Of a DNA stretch of 64,000 bases, positions 38,503 through 52,113 are shown one piece after another. The stretch's first letter is position 1, and each line of letters opens with the position of its first letter. A model generated the notes under the pieces. The model worked only from the letters and a program-made list of their open reading frames with translations. It was not told where the DNA came from and made no database searches. A program made the position numbers and the translations under genes. This DNA is from Anthoceros angustus (lineage: Eukaryota; Plantae; Anthocerotophyta), in contig MU008170.1 in the NCBI GenBank assembly GCA_010909165.1, positions 310,001 to 374,000 on the forward strand. Direction: 5' to 3'.

Positions 38503-39331
38503 CTTCGAAATCCTGGAAATCCTCAGCCCAAGACCACGGTAGCCTTGTGGAGTCTAAAGATTGATCTTGATCATATATATTATATAGCCTGGGGCCTCAC
38601 ATATATAGGGCTCAACTTGTCTAATGCTGGATGCTCTTGAACACTTTTTTACCCTAATCTGACATGTATATATTGATACCTTCTATTATGCAACCACTAT
38701 GAAAGGTGCAAACCATACAAGGGTCTTAGGTCCTGCCCCCTTGTTCCATTGTCCCTTTGAATTGACATGACTTCACATGTGCTCACATAATGGTTTGTTG
38801 AACATTAGCTCAAGGAACTTTTTTTTGTGTGTTGAATAAAAACATCTCTTGTTTCTATCTCACTATAAAAGATGTCATGTAAAAGCTCTAGCCAATAGTC
38901 TATGCGAGCTCCTATACTCGAGATTGGTTGGAATTATTAAGTAAATAAAATATAGTGATAAATGAGTCTCGATGCCGTTAGTTATTGGTTGATAATTAAC
39001 TAGAAGTGTCAAGTCTCATTTATCACAGCAATTACTCACTTAATAATATCAACCAACCTAGAGTATAGGAGCTCGTATAGATCTCTATTGTCTTGATACC
39101 ATTTTTTATGGAGAGATAGAAGTAAGAAGAGGAGTTTTGACACAAAAACATCCCTAAATGCAGCACATAATGCAAGCCATATATAATACATGTGAAGTTC
39201 TATTGTCTCCAATGGTGGTTTACTTTCACGCATGCCTATAAGAACAGTGATTGAACATTGCATAATGTTGCCCTATTTCCTAATATTCTATGTGGAATTT
39301 GTGCATGAAGCATGAAGTCATAGAACACCCC

Positions 39332-39510
39332 ATTAGTTCTCAACCTCACAACGCAGCACTAGGCTCCAATTAGTTATCAACCTCATGACGCAGCACTAGG
39401 CTCCAATTAGTTATCAACCTCATGACGCAGCACTAGGCTCCAATTAGTTATCAACCTCATGACGCAGCACTAGGCTCCAAGTAATTCTCAACCTCACGAC
39501 GCAGCACTAG
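39332..39510. repeat. 37-bp tandem minisatellite, ~5 copies
   Basis: CAACCTCATGACGCAGCACTAGGCTCCAATTAGTTAT starting at 39341, 39378, 39415, 39452 and 39489, with no spacers. Confidence 0.92.
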
Positions 39511-40599
39511 TGTGGTGGAAGGATCCCGGGACCCCCTAAACCCCTGCCCTCTAGCGGCCACACTTATCCCACTATCGGTTCGTACAGTAGGTTTCGTTCC
39601 CACGAAGGAGTGGGGGAGCCCTTCCACTGACGGATGGAGGTGCCTCCACCGACCTCTCCGACCCCTCTGACCTCCCGTCACAGGCGCCCGAGGCTAAGCG
39701 CCTCCTTCGCGCCCCTACCCGGTGACCCACTAGGTAAGTCACACTACCCCTCGCGCGATGACTCTTGCGGTAGCGGACCTAGCGAGAGCGAGCTGCCCAA
39801 ACTATAGCGCGTGCAGGGACCCCCAAGCCACAAGCGTAACTAAATCCTATACCTCCTAAGACCGTTCTCTTAGCAAATTTGAGGACTCCTCCTCAGGCTC
39901 TTGCCACAACCCTTGAAATTCGACCTCCTTCTCTTCTCTAGCTTTCTCTTTTCTCTTTTCTCTTTTCTCTTTTCTCTTTTCTCTTTTCTCTTTTCTCTTT
40001 TCTCTTTTCTCTTTTCTCTTTTCTCTTTTCTCTTTCTCTTTTCTCTTTTCTCTTTTCTCTTTTCTCTTTTCTCTTTTCTCTTTTCTCTTTTCTCTTTCTC
40101 TTTCTCTTTCTCTTTTCTCTTTTCTCTTTTCTCTTTCTCTTTCTCTTTCTCTTTTCTCTTTTCTCTTTTCTCTTTTCTCTTTCTCTTTCTCTTTTCTCTT
40201 TTCTCTTTTCTCTTTTCTCTTTTCTCTTTTCTCTTTCTCTTTTCTCTTTCTCTTTTCTCTTTTCTCTTTTCTCTTTTCTCTTTCTCTTTTCTCTTTCTCT
40301 CTTCTCTCTCTTCGAATCTACCTCTTCCCTCTTCCGACTACCTATCGATACAGGTGCCCCTCCGGCTCCCCACGGTACCTCAAATCAGGCGGTGCCCCTA
40401 TGGTCCTAGGCCGGACATCTAAGTGGGCGGACCTCTACGCCTGGAATTTACTAGGGACCTCCCTTCACCAGCTTCTCGTACCGTCTCTGCAGCTACAACG
40501 CCACTCCCTAGCTGTTACCTCAACAAAAGAAGGCATGGGCACAGCCCTCACCTTGGTCACCGCACCTCAAGAGCCTACCAGACACCATACATCCACACA
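39511..40599. mobile_element. Possible LTR (TG...CA) carrying a long pyrimidine microsatellite
   Basis: Begins TGTGGTGGA abruptly after the minisatellite and ends TCCACACA (imperfect inverted ends). No second copy or TSD seen. Confidence 0.3.
39942..40310. repeat. (CTTTT)n/(CTTTCT)n polypyrimidine microsatellite, ~370 bp
   Basis: Almost purely C/T. It produces the spurious F/S/L ORF 39901-40422. Confidence 0.97.
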
Positions 40600-40911
40600 G
40601 GTTAGCGCGCACTCGCGCAGCTGATCAAGCGCGGTCGAGAGCAAGACGGGCATTTTATTATGGGAGTTCCTCCCTTCTTATGAAACTCCCCAAACCCTAA
40701 GCGTTAATTAAGTCGGTGGTGGGGCAACTACGGTTTTCAAGTAGGTGGCCTTTTAAAGGTTCTTAACCTACCTTCCTAATGCTCCCACTAACCCCCCAAG
40801 GGTCTTGATGACCCCTTAACTCCCCTACCAGTTACCTTCCTACCCTACTTCTTCTTGGGCGTTGGCATGGCCGGGCGCCCTGCCACCGTCTTCCTTCTCT
40901 TCGCCGGAGGA

Positions 40912-41760
40912 CTATTCCCCGACCAAATCTCCCCTCCTGTCGGAAGGAAAGCCGCCATGCCTTTGTCTCGGCGCTCGCTGCGTGAAGTTGGGCATCGCCC
41001 CTCTGCGCTCTTGTAGAGGCACCGGCCTCTCGGTGGTAGCCTGTACTACTGTCGTCGCAATCACCTCGAAGTGGTTGGGTGTTGGTGCAACGCCCATCGC
41101 CGCCCGGACACCTCCACCCGGCCTTATCGGTGGCTGGAAACTCTCCAGTTGGCTCCTCCCAAACTGCTGACCCTTTCGCATCCATTTTACTCTCAGTCCA
41201 CAGATCTCAGGAGAGGGCCGCAATTCCTCCAAAATCTCCCGGTCATCATCATGGGGGCCCAGCAGCTTCCTTGTCAACAAGGAGCGCATCTCCTTGGCGA
41301 GATTGTTGATCCTGGCGTGTAGGTGGACCTGCATCTCTTGGCCCTTTAAACAAATCTCATCAAAATCCTCAGGCCACTCTCCTGAGACCAACTTGCTGCG
41401 CCGAGCATCTCTCTCGAGGGTCACCTCACTCAAACAAAGCTGTGGGCGCATTACCATCTCCTTCCATGCTTCCGGGATCCTGTTGCCCATAGTTGGCACA
41501 GGCGGCACTTCTGACGACCCGGCATCGATGCATGATTTTCCTCCAGTGGGCCACCTCTTCCTTCCATCGTTGCTCAGCCTCCGTTGCTTGCTTTGTGAGC
41601 TCCTCACGTTCCTTGCCCCAAGTGGCCTATCTTCCCTCCAGCTCCTTGAGCTTGTTCTCCAATTTCCCATGCTTGGCTTGGGCTCAGCCTCCTCTAGGAT
41701 AGTCTTCAATGTGTCCCCATTCTCCTTCTTCTCAGTCTGAAAGGCTGAGAGTTGCTGGTG
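40912..41760 (-). mobile_element. Truncated TE-associated coiled-coil ORF
   Basis: 265-aa intronless ORF, E/K/R-rich, with no recognisable host domain. It is cut at ~41800 by AT-rich LTR-like sequence. Confidence 0.3.
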
Positions 41761-43652
41761 CCACTCCTTCCCAGTCTCCTCAATTTTTTGATTGAGGGTG
41801 GTGTCATGCCGTGTGATACTAATCTCTGCAACTGGGTTTAGTGTTTGATTAGCAGTAATTAATCTAATTACTTATTTTAAGTAAGTAATTAGTGTTGATT
41901 AATCTAAGATGCTTATGTTAATTAAGCATTGATTAGTGTTAGTTAATCTAAGGTGCTTATATTAATTAAATGATGATTAGTGTTAATTAAACATGTTAGC
42001 AATAGCTAAGTGGATAAGCTCAAGTAATATGCTTGGCATATTCCTTGCATATTATAGTGTATTCTTAGGATATTTCCGGGCATATCTTGATGCCAATAGG
42101 ATATCTTAGGAATATACTTGCGAGGCTAGTATATATAGACCCTTCCATTGAGGACAAGCTCGGATCATAGCTTGTCCTCTAGATATGCAATGCAAGGCGT
42201 TGTGAGGAGGCCAAAGGCTGACTCAGGGAGGCGATGTGTGAGAATTTGCATGTTGTTCTTGTGGGGAGAGTGTGTTTGTGCCACGCAGCTTCCTCCCTCA
42301 CATTGTTGTGGTTTGCACCTATATATACCGTTTTAGATTTGTTTGCTTGGTTGTTGGTCGAGGAAGTGCTTATATGAATTCAAGTGTTTACCTCGTGCGA
42401 TAGTGGTCACTTCTCTTGCGCATTCCCTATTTTCTTGCCTCAGCCTCTGCTCTTCAATCTTGCTGAGCCCCAACCTTCTCTCCAAGTCGATTAAAACCTT
42501 TATGCGCCAACTCCTTGGTTGCTTCTTCTTCTCCCCACTGCGATCGCCTCATGTCACAGCTGACTCTCACCTCCAACTCCTCTATCTCTTGCAAAGCATG
42601 CTTGACCAGTGTTGAATCGAGGGTCCAAGCATGGTTAGGTAGACCACATTATGTGGGGATGGACGCAACGCGTAAATATGTCCACATGTGGACATATTTA
42701 CCTTGCAAAAACTCTTCTCGCTAGAATAATGATCGAAGTGATTCAAGTCTTCTTTCCAAAACTAAGAGCATGGCAACAAGTCCACAGTAAAATGCCTAGA
42801 GTTTAAGGATATGATTTGTGCATTTGGTATTTAATTATTTGATCATGGATGGACAAGTGAACTTTGGATACAAAAAGTGAGCACAAGACACACAACCCAA
42901 GCTCATTTGAATTTCAAGCATAACGTCAAGTGAACACGGAACACTAAAAGTGAGTCTTTGTCACACTGAAGTTGGAACTTGTTCAAATTTCAAAGTTTGG
43001 AATAAGCGGGAATTTCAAAGTTGTACCATGGCAATTTCAAGAGCGTTAAATCAAGTGAACATGGAACAACGAAAGTGAAGCATGGTCACAAACAAGTGTA
43101 AACTTGTTTGTATTTCAAAGTTTTGTCTAAGCGGATTTTCAAAAGATGGTAAGTACCCATGTTGGTGCGCACATCTTGATGAGAGCATAACACGCCATCT
43201 TCACGCTGCGAGACCTTTCACCCGGCTTTGCGCTTAGGCGCTCGGTGCCCGTGTGTGAACCATGTGCCCGATCGTGAGCTGCGAGAGGAGGAGAGGCGGG
43301 AAGGGAGCCCGTCCGGGCGCAAGGAATTGAATGGCTCAGCGCCTCCCTCTCCGGGTGCACTTAGGAGAGCAAAACACGCTGAAGGCCGGTGGAGGAAAAG
43401 CAAATTCGAGTTGCATCTTTGCGTGTGGAAGATGGAGCATCTTTGTGCGTAGCGGATGTTAGGCAAGAGGCAGGAGCAGTCCTTCGCATGGAGGAGGATT
43501 GTCACGATGATAATCATACGGTAGATGGTGGGTGTGAGGGAGCTTCTCCAGGATGAACCCTTCCAGAGTGAGGAGGGAACTAGTCTACGAGGGCAAACAA
43601 CACCATGTCCTTTGTCATCCACAGAGCGGTCAAGGCGTGCAGCAAAGGCGGG

Positions 43653-45090
43653 ATCTCACCAGTCGTGATGGGGCTGTGATGCACAATGTGGGCGTGTTGC
43701 TCGAGAACTTGGCCACGTTTTCGGATGTAGAACTGCCCACTTCAATTCGATAGCAAGGCTAAGGTGTTAGATGCTTTTCCGCTTCGTGGCCTCAAGGAAT
43801 TCTTCCTGCCGTAGGGGTGAAGGCTCGGCCACATCCTCGCTTTCCGGACATCAGGCGGCCATGAAAAGCTGCGTGTACAAGCGTCGATCACTTGAAGGCA
43901 AGACAAACCTTTATGAATATTGTGCTAACTAACGGCGTGAGGCAAGCGGTGGAGCGCCTTGGCGAGTCCTTGGGGTCGGCGAGTTGTGCACGCCATCTTC
44001 AAACCAGCGATTTGCAAAGTGCACGGAGGAGGCGGTGTGGGTGGGGACGGAAGGCTCGTTCGATTGTTTGCCCAAGGGGTTAAGGAAATTTTGCAATTTT
44101 GGGAGTCGGCGTCAAGGCCTTCCTCCAACTCCAAGGATGCGGCGTGGTGGCTCCTCTTGTCTTCCACGCACATCATCCATTTCCTAGATACCTCTCGGTG
44201 ATTCGATTCACGCAATTTCTCTTTGCTTCCAGGCGGTGCACACCTGCCAGGTGTGGCGCGTCTCCTTGCCAGTGCTAGTCTATGCTTGCAATGAACACCG
44301 CCACTAACCCTTTAACTTGTTTGACGTCGGGATCATCACTATATGTGACTGTAGCGTGCCTGCTATCTCACCAGTCGTGATGGGGCGGATGCACAATGTG
44401 GGCGTATTGCTCGAGAACTTGGCCACGTTTTCAGATGTAGAACTGCCCACTTCAATTCTGATAGCAAGGCTAAGGTGTTGGATGCATTTTCCAGGCTTCG
44501 TGGCCTCAAGGAATTCTTCCCTGCCGTTGCCGTAGGGGTGAAGGCTCAGAAAGCCACATCCCTCGCTTTCCGGACATCAGGGCGGCCATGAAAAAGCTGC
44601 GGAGTGTACAAGCGTCTGATCACTTGAAGGCAAGACAAACCTTTATGAATATTGTGCTAACTGACGACGTGAGGCAAGCAATGGGCGGTACCTTGGGCGA
44701 GTCCTTGGGGTCGGCGAGTTGTACGCCATCTTCAAACCAGCGATTTGCAAAGTGCACGAGGAGGCGCGGTGTGGGTGGGGACGGAAGGCTCGTTCGATTG
44801 TTTGCCCAAGGGGTTAAGGAAATTTTGCAATTTTGGGAGTCGGCGTCAAGGCCTTCCTCCAACTCCAAGGATGCGAGGCGGCGTGGTGGCTCCTCTTGTC
44901 TTCCGCACGCACATCATCCATTTCCTAGATACCTCTCGGTGATTCGATTCACGCAATTTCTCTTTCTTTGCTTCCAGGCGGTGCGCCACCGGTGGTGGCG
45001 CGTCTCCTTGCCAGTCTGCTAGTCTATGCTTGCAATTGAACACGCCACTAACCCTTTAACTTGTTTAAGCCGTCGGGATCATCACTATAT
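43653..45090. repeat. Tandem duplication, 2 x ~710 bp
   Basis: 43653-44364 is repeated at 44365-45090. The copies differ mainly by small indels. Confidence 0.9.
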
Positions 45091-47450
45091 GTAGCGGCTT
45101 CGTGCCACTACGTCACTCTCCATGTTGAGTTTCCTCTGTGGTACTGCTCCGACACCTTCCTTTGTCTCTTTGCTTGCGCCATGCTTGCCACAGCTCTTGT
45201 TTAGTTACTCTTGCTCTGGTCATTTGCCGGGCTCCACATCATTTTACTCGGCTCCATGGTCATTTGCTCTGGCTCATTTGCTCTGGCTCCAGGTCATTTG
45301 CACTGGCTATTGCTCATTTGCTCTGGCTCCTTGTCATTTGCTCTGGCTCCTGGTCAGGTTCCCTGCTCCTCATTTGCCCTGGCTCCTGATCATTTGGCCT
45401 GGCTCCCGCTCCTTTGCCATGGCTACTGATCATTTGCTCTGCGTGCAATGTTCATTTTGTAGCTCAGGTTCACTCGAGGATATACAAGGCTCACCTGCTT
45501 TGTGAGTGGGGCACTTCATGTGGCTCTGTGTCCTTTGTGCACGCTCCACTCTATCTACTTTGTTTGGTCACATCTTGGTGTCCCGGCTTTTAGAGGAGAT
45601 GTTACGAGCATACATTGTCGTGAGTGATGTGCACGGAGTTTTTGCGCTTTCAAAGGAGAATCCGGATATCAAGATTGTGGAGCATTGACTGAAGCCCTTC
45701 TTCATCAAATCCGCAAGAGAAATGTACATTGTTGCGGTACCATGTCGAGATGGCATTTTGAAAGACGCTCGAATGCGCTTTCTGCGATTACATCAAAGGT
45801 GCACCTCGTGTGCACGTGTACCTGTGGTGTGTGGAGAGGAACCCGAGGAGGGGGACAAGTGCCACGCGCATCGGAGATGTTTTCATCCGTCCGAGAGATG
45901 GTGCACTCTGTTTTATGCCCTAGAGCACCAGATGAGGACTGGCATAGGCGAAAATGTTTGCTTGGTAAATGCAGCGCCTGTGGAGTTTCCAAGCTGGCCC
46001 TCTGTCCTAAGGAGGTTTCACAAGCATTTTTGCCGGAGATGAAGGCTGAGTGGCGGTGCTTGAATATCGGGTGGGAGTGAATGAGGACGGAACCTCCAAG
46101 TCGAGAATAAAGCTAGTTTATGAAACCCATCCGTCGGCGATGATTGAATTTCTTAAGGATAAATTGGTGCTTTTCATTTCACATGACTACGTCCAAAGAT
46201 GGCAAGCCACAGGTTTGGAAGTGCATTGATTGGTTTCGAGGATGTGATAGTTTATTATGGACTTTTCGCGAACTATGCTTTTCAAGTTCGAATGAGATAC
46301 AATCAATGCGGCATAGTGATCAAGTTACTATTCTAGTTCATGTTACATATATGCGGATGGGGCGTGGTGGAGGAGGACCCTGCGAATGTTCAAGTTTTAC
46401 CACTTTTACATTAGTGATGACATGCGACATGACACTCTCTTTGTCCATGCCCTTATGCTACATTGGGATGACTCTTGTCAAATGGATACAAGAGTCCACG
46501 AGCATTGGATGTGGTCGGATGGTGCGGCTTGATTTAAGGCTTGCAGACCAAGCTATTTTGTGGCGGTACCCAAGTCTAGCGGAGGATGCGAGAATCTTTG
46601 TGGAGCTATTTTGGGTCGAGCCACGGAAGGGGAGCACGCAGGCGGTGCCATATTAAAGAGGGCACTACGTGCCAAAGAGCTGTCACCTTCATCGAGGCTG
46701 CAGTGCAGCGGGCGTTGTCGACTTCCTGCGGTCCAGTATATCCAATGGGGCTGCATCCTCCTATGCAAGTGGAGAAAGGCGGTGCAAAGGTTTTTGGTTG
46801 GTGGGAAAGAATGAAGTCAACCAGCGCGGTGGGGTGTGCACCAATCCGGGTTCTAAAGGCATGCAGCATATATGGTGACTCGGTGGATGCAACCAACCCT
46901 CGGCTCAAGATGCGGCATCTTGCGTGTTTTCTTGTGTGCATGGGCGGTGACCATGGAGCATGTGAGGCAGTGCCCTATCACATATGGCATTGATTACTCG
47001 AGGCGGACGGTAGGGAGGATGTTGGTGTTGGACCGGAAACCTTGCACCATTAATAAGTACATGCGGTTGGTCGGATGGGGCCACGATCCTGCTGCTAATG
47101 GTGTTGCTAGTGAAGATGTCTAAAATTTGACCTCTTGGAGCTTGGAGACAACTTTGTCGTGCGTGCAGATCCCAGGGACGAAGGTTCAACTTTTTATTTG
47201 GCAAAGTGCATTGTTGCAGGGAATAAGGTGGTTGTGGGCCAGTACTACTCCGGGGTTGAGCCGGATGGTTGTGTGTACACTTTGGATCATGAGGCTACGG
47301 AGGTCACCCTTCTTTCATCCTACGTGGAGATCTGCAAGTTCCCACTTTTGGAGCGTGGAAGGAGGCCGATTAGTGTATGTGCTTGACTCGGACACGGTCG
47401 AGTCCTTTAAGGAGCTTGTGGGAGAGCAGAACCCATTTGTGTTTTCGTGA
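44588..47450 (+). mobile_element. Sola2-type DDD transposase gene, frameshifted, with probable intron ~45020-45630
   Basis: VKEILQFWESASRPSSNSKD, IKI..LKPFFIK, LCP..WHRRKCLLGKCSACG, MDFS.NY..NEIQSM..SDQVTILVHVTY, YISDDMRHDTLFV, HWMWSDG..FK, WSYFGSSHG.GEH..GAILKRAL, and C-terminal LGDNFVV..FY..GQYY. Confidence 0.75.
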
Positions 47451-47669
47451 GTCGACTCTAAGGCCTCAATTGTACATATGCCAAACCTGAAATTGAAATG
47501 ACCTTGACGAACTTGTAAATACCATGGTCTGGTTGCACAAGATGTGGCCATATACACACGTTGTGATGTCCCGCTCCACTCCGCTTGACATCTGGAGCAC
47601 TTTGCTTACTTGCGACCTTGCGGGTGACAATGTCCAACTTAAGCGCCTTTTTAAAACCCCATCTCGTGG

Positions 47670-50600
47670 AAGCCTTGAAAGAGCGCAAGATTGATGCAAG
47701 TGAGCCATGGCCACGACGTTAGGTGCGGGTGCGGGTGCGGGTGGGCAGAAACGCACCTAACGCACGACGTTAGGTGCGTTTCTGCCCAAGTGTGGCCTTC
47801 TTCACCTAAGGTAGCTCCCTGTCCACCTCAAGTGTGTCCTTGTCCACCTCAAATGTGGCATTCTCCACTATAAGTGTGGCCTTTTCCCGCTCAGGTGTGG
47901 CCTTCTTCACCTCAGGCGGCTCATTCTCCACCTCCTCATTGGCCTTCGCTTCCTCAGGTGTGGGCGTTGTTGCAAAGTTGTCCAAAACTTCCGCATCAGG
48001 TAAAAAGTCATCAAGTGCTTGGGATTGGATGTTGTCCACCAAGCTGCCCACCACGTCATCACCTTTATGAACCTCTGATCACTCACGCACCTCATTCCAC
48101 CACTTTTGGGTCCTCCACAGCGATCCTCCTGCGTGGGTGTCATTTAACTGCCAATTCCATTGTTCCAACCTTCTCAAGGCCTACACCAGATTGCCCCCCT
48201 TGCATTGGAGCCGTTTTTTTCACCGAGGGCGGGGTCCAAGCACCCCCCTCTATGCCCTGACCCGGCATGCCAAAAACCGAGCCATAAGAGCCGCCGCCAA
48301 GGATGGCAAACAAAGTGGCCGTGTTCCGAATGGGAACACGGCGACTGGCACTTGTCACCAATGGCAGCTTATCATAGCAAGCTGCAGAAAAAATGCGATG
48401 ATAGCATTAGACTTGGAGGGAAAGCAACATAGGTGCAAAGGGAAAACCCTGTTCCTCTGCACACACCCTACACACACAGATCTGCTGCCGCATGTCACTG
48501 GAGGTGGCTACTGGCGGATCTTCTCAAGGCGGGAACAATGCATCCGGATCCTTTAGACTCAAGTACTCAGTTTCCACTCCTTGAGATTCCTGCACGCCTG
48601 CTGTTCCCTGGAAGGTCCCAACCTTTTGCGACATACCACCGGTGTCCACATCCATCACTGATCTTCGGGGCACATGTCTTGTTAGTGCAAATGGGAAAAA
48701 GGCAAAATTCATGGTACATATGCACTTGCGAGCAAAACTTGCTCATTGCGGCCAAACCACATGCAATGACACGCAATCAATGAGAAACAAGGTAGACACC
48801 AGTTCCAGACAAGAAAACAGATCCGCACAATTCACCGAAAGAATGCCTTGCGCATATAGGGCAAGCATTCACAGTGTTGGCCCGTCGTCCGCTCAATGGC
48901 GGAAGGAAGTTGGTGCAACCAGGCCTCTCTTCCAACACATCCATGCTGCTGCAAGAGACTTGAGGATGTTGAACATCCGTTCCTTCCGGTTGACAACGCA
49001 AACGGCAAGCTCATCTTTGGGCGGCGGTCCTCGTCGCTAACTCCTCAACCCGAAGGTACAGGCTTTTCTCCAGAGTGTACAAGGCTTGAAGCTGGCCCGA
49101 AAGGTGGCTAATCAGGGATCTGTGCCCTTGAATGTCCTCAAAAGTCTCATCCTCGTCAATGCTCTTTTGCACCATCTCCATTTCTTGAGAACACTTGCGG
49201 ATGTCGAGCGCCACTCCCAAGTCTGCTTTTCATCAATGCTTGCTTCACCTCCTTTGCGGTGGCATCCACCTTGTCAAGTTGATTCACATCATCAACTCCC
49301 GATACTGGATCGGTGGTGAGGATGGTAGCCACCTTGCTCTTCCTTGGCGTCTGCCCTCACGATCATCACCGGTGTTACCCATCCACCCTTCCGGTGGAAC
49401 ATTATTGCATGCAAAGTGGCATTGTGCCACAGTAGAACCAATATGCGGGAAAAGTGGCCTTGGGCACAAAGTGGAAGAGCAGACCTGAGCAAATGACGGT
49501 GCAACGCACATGTGGCAGTGGACGAGTGCGAGCAAAGTGGCATTGTGCCACGGTGGAACAAATATGCGGGAAAAGTGGCATTGGGCACGGAAGTGGAAGA
49601 CCTTGAAGAGCCAAAGATTGATGCAAGTGAGCCATGGCCACGACGTTAGGTGCGGGTGCGGAGAGCACCTAACGCCGCGGCGTTAGATGCGTTTACCAAG
49701 TGTGGCCTTCTTCACCTAAGGTAGCTCCTGTCCACCTCAAGTGTGTCCTTGTCCACCTCAAATGTGGCATTCTCCACTATAAGTGTGGCCTTTTCCGCCT
49801 GTGTGTGGCCTTCTTCACCTCGGCTCATTCTCCACCTCCTCATTGGCCGCCTCGTGTGGGCGTTGTTGCAAAGTTGTCCAAAACTTCCGCATCAGGTAAA
49901 AAGTCATCAAGTGCTTGGGATTGGATGTTGTCCACCAAGCTGCCCACCACGTCATCACCTTTATGAACCTCCCGACCGCCTCCCCCCACACCGCACCTCA
50001 TTCCACAGCCACCGGGTCCTCCCCGTGATCCGTTCGCGGTGTCATCAACTGCAGCAATTCCATTGTTGCAACCTTCTCGAGGCCTACACCATTGCCCCTT
50101 GCATTGGAGCCGTTTTTCACGGGCGGGGTCCAAGCACCCCTGTTCTCGACCCCGCACGCCAAAATCGAGCCATAAGAGCCGCCAAGGATGGCAAACAGTG
50201 GCCGTGTTCAATGGGAACACGACGGCACTTGTCACCAATGGCGACTTTCATAGCAAGTAGAAAACGGATGATAGCATTAGACTTGGAGGGAAAGCAACAT
50301 AGGTGCAAAGGGAAAACCCTGTTCCTCTGCACACACCCCTCTGCACACACCGGAGATGCCCGCCCGCATGGAGGTGGCTACGGCGGATCTTCTCAAGGCG
50401 GGAGAGCAATGCATCCGGATCCTTTACCCTCAAGGTACTCGATTTCCACTCCTTGAGCTGCTCAACCTCGACCACCGGGGTGTCCACATCCATGCTGCAG
50501 TCTTCCAGGGCACATGTCTTGTTGGTCTGCAAATGGGAAAAAAGGCAAAATTCGTGGTACATATGCCCGCACGAGAGCAAAACTTGCTCATTGCAGCCAA

Positions 50601-51612
50601 ACCACATGCAATGACACGCAATCAATGAGAAACAAGGTAGACACCAGTTCCAGACAAGAAAACAGATCCGCACAATTCACCGAAAGAATGCCTTGCGCAT
50701 ATAGGGCAAGCATTCTCAGCAATTGTTGGCCCGGTCGTCCGCTCAATGGCGGAAGGAAGTTGGTGCGACGCCTCCTTCCACTTCAACATCCATGACCGCT
50801 GCAAGAGACTTGAGGATGTTGAACATCCGCTCCTTCGGTTGACAACGCAAGCCAAGCTCCGCGGGCGCAGCCCTCCGTCGCTAACTCCTCAACCCGGTAT
50901 GTGCTTTTCTCCAGTGTACAAGGCTTGAAGCTGGCCCGAAAGGTGGCTAATCAGGGATCTGTGCCCTTGAATGTCCTCAAAAGTCTCATCCTCGTCAATG
51001 CTCTTTTGCACCATCTCCATTTCTTGAGAACACTTGCAGATGTCGAACGCCACTTCCCCAAGTCTGTGCTTTTCACCAGTCAATGCTTGCTTTCACCTCC
51101 TTTGCAGTGGCATCCACCTTGTCAAGTTGATTCACATCATCAACTCCCGATACTGGATCGGTGGTCGGCGAGGATGGTAGCCACCTTGCTCTTCCTTGGC
51201 GTCTGCCCTCACGATCATCACCGGTGTTACCCATCCACCCTTCCGGTGGAACATTATTGCATGCAAAGTGGCATTGTGCCACCAGGTAGAACCAATATGC
51301 AGAAAAAGTGGCCTTGGGCACAAAGTGGAAGAGCAGACCTGAGCAAATGACGGTGCAACGCACATGTGGCAGTGGACGGTGGAAGCAAAGTGGCATTGTG
51401 CCACGGTGGAACATTATTGCATGCAAAGTGGCATTGTGCCACCGTAGAACCAATATCACGGGAAAAGTGGCCTTGGGCACAAAGTGGAAGAGCAGACCTG
51501 AGCAAATGACCGGTGCAACGCACATGTGGCAGTGGACGGTGCAGGCAAAGTGGCATTGTGCACAGGTGGAACAAATATGCGGGAAAAGTGGCATTGGGCA
51601 CGGAAGTGGAAG
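47670..51612. repeat. Tandem duplication, 2 x ~1.95 kb, covering a minus-strand TE-associated coding remnant
   Basis: 47670-49600 is repeated at 49601-51612 (e.g. identical QEMEMVQKSIDEDETFEDIQGH peptides). The junction has GTGGAAG(A)CCT microhomology, and ~100-200-bp sub-repeats lie at 49400-49600 and 51250-51690. Confidence 0.9.
47742..47788. other. Perfect 21-bp-stem hairpin next to (GGGTGC)n repeats
   Basis: TGGGCAGAAACGCACCTAACG-cacga-CGTTAGGTGCGTTTCTGCCCA. Confidence 0.9.
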
Positions 51613-52113
51613 ACCTGAGCAAATGACGGCGGTGCAGCACATGTGGCAGTGGACGAGTGCGGGCAAAGTGGCCTTGTACACAGGTGGAACAAGCTGCAGA
51701 TAAGCGACATTGGGCACCAAGCGGATGAGAAACAAATAGCACATGACCCGAGGGTGCATGTCGCTCAACAACAGTGTGCAGATCGGCCGAGATAAGCCAG
51801 TGCATGGTGCACTTCACATGAGCCTACACTATGTCAAAATAGGTTGACTGACAAGGAGGGCCATCCTGGGTGCTCTTTAGAGGATACTAGGTAGTCTAGA
51901 GGGACTTAGCGACCAGGCATGCGGAACAGGTAGATAAATCAGGCATGTTAGACAACCTTGGAGAGACAAAATAAAAACAAGCACATCCTACCATGAGGTG
52001 GCTGCTGCTCATGTCCTGTGGGCTTCCCTACAATGAGTAGGGGCTCTTCCTCCTTGACTCTGAGCCTTCACGCCTCCCGCTTTTCCCTCTCGTATTTCTT
52101 GTTTCTTATTCCT

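Noticed and set aside
39332-39510. 37-bp repeats as a CRISPR array
   Set aside because: The units are directly adjacent with no unique spacers, there are no cas genes, and the context is eukaryotic.
39901-40422. F/S/L-rich 'membrane protein' ORF
   Set aside because: It is a translation of a (CTTTT)n microsatellite.
41802-42420. Solo LTR beginning TGTCATG with a TATA box at ~42130
   Set aside because: It is LTR-like in composition, but no convincing 3' CA end, TSD or second copy could be identified.
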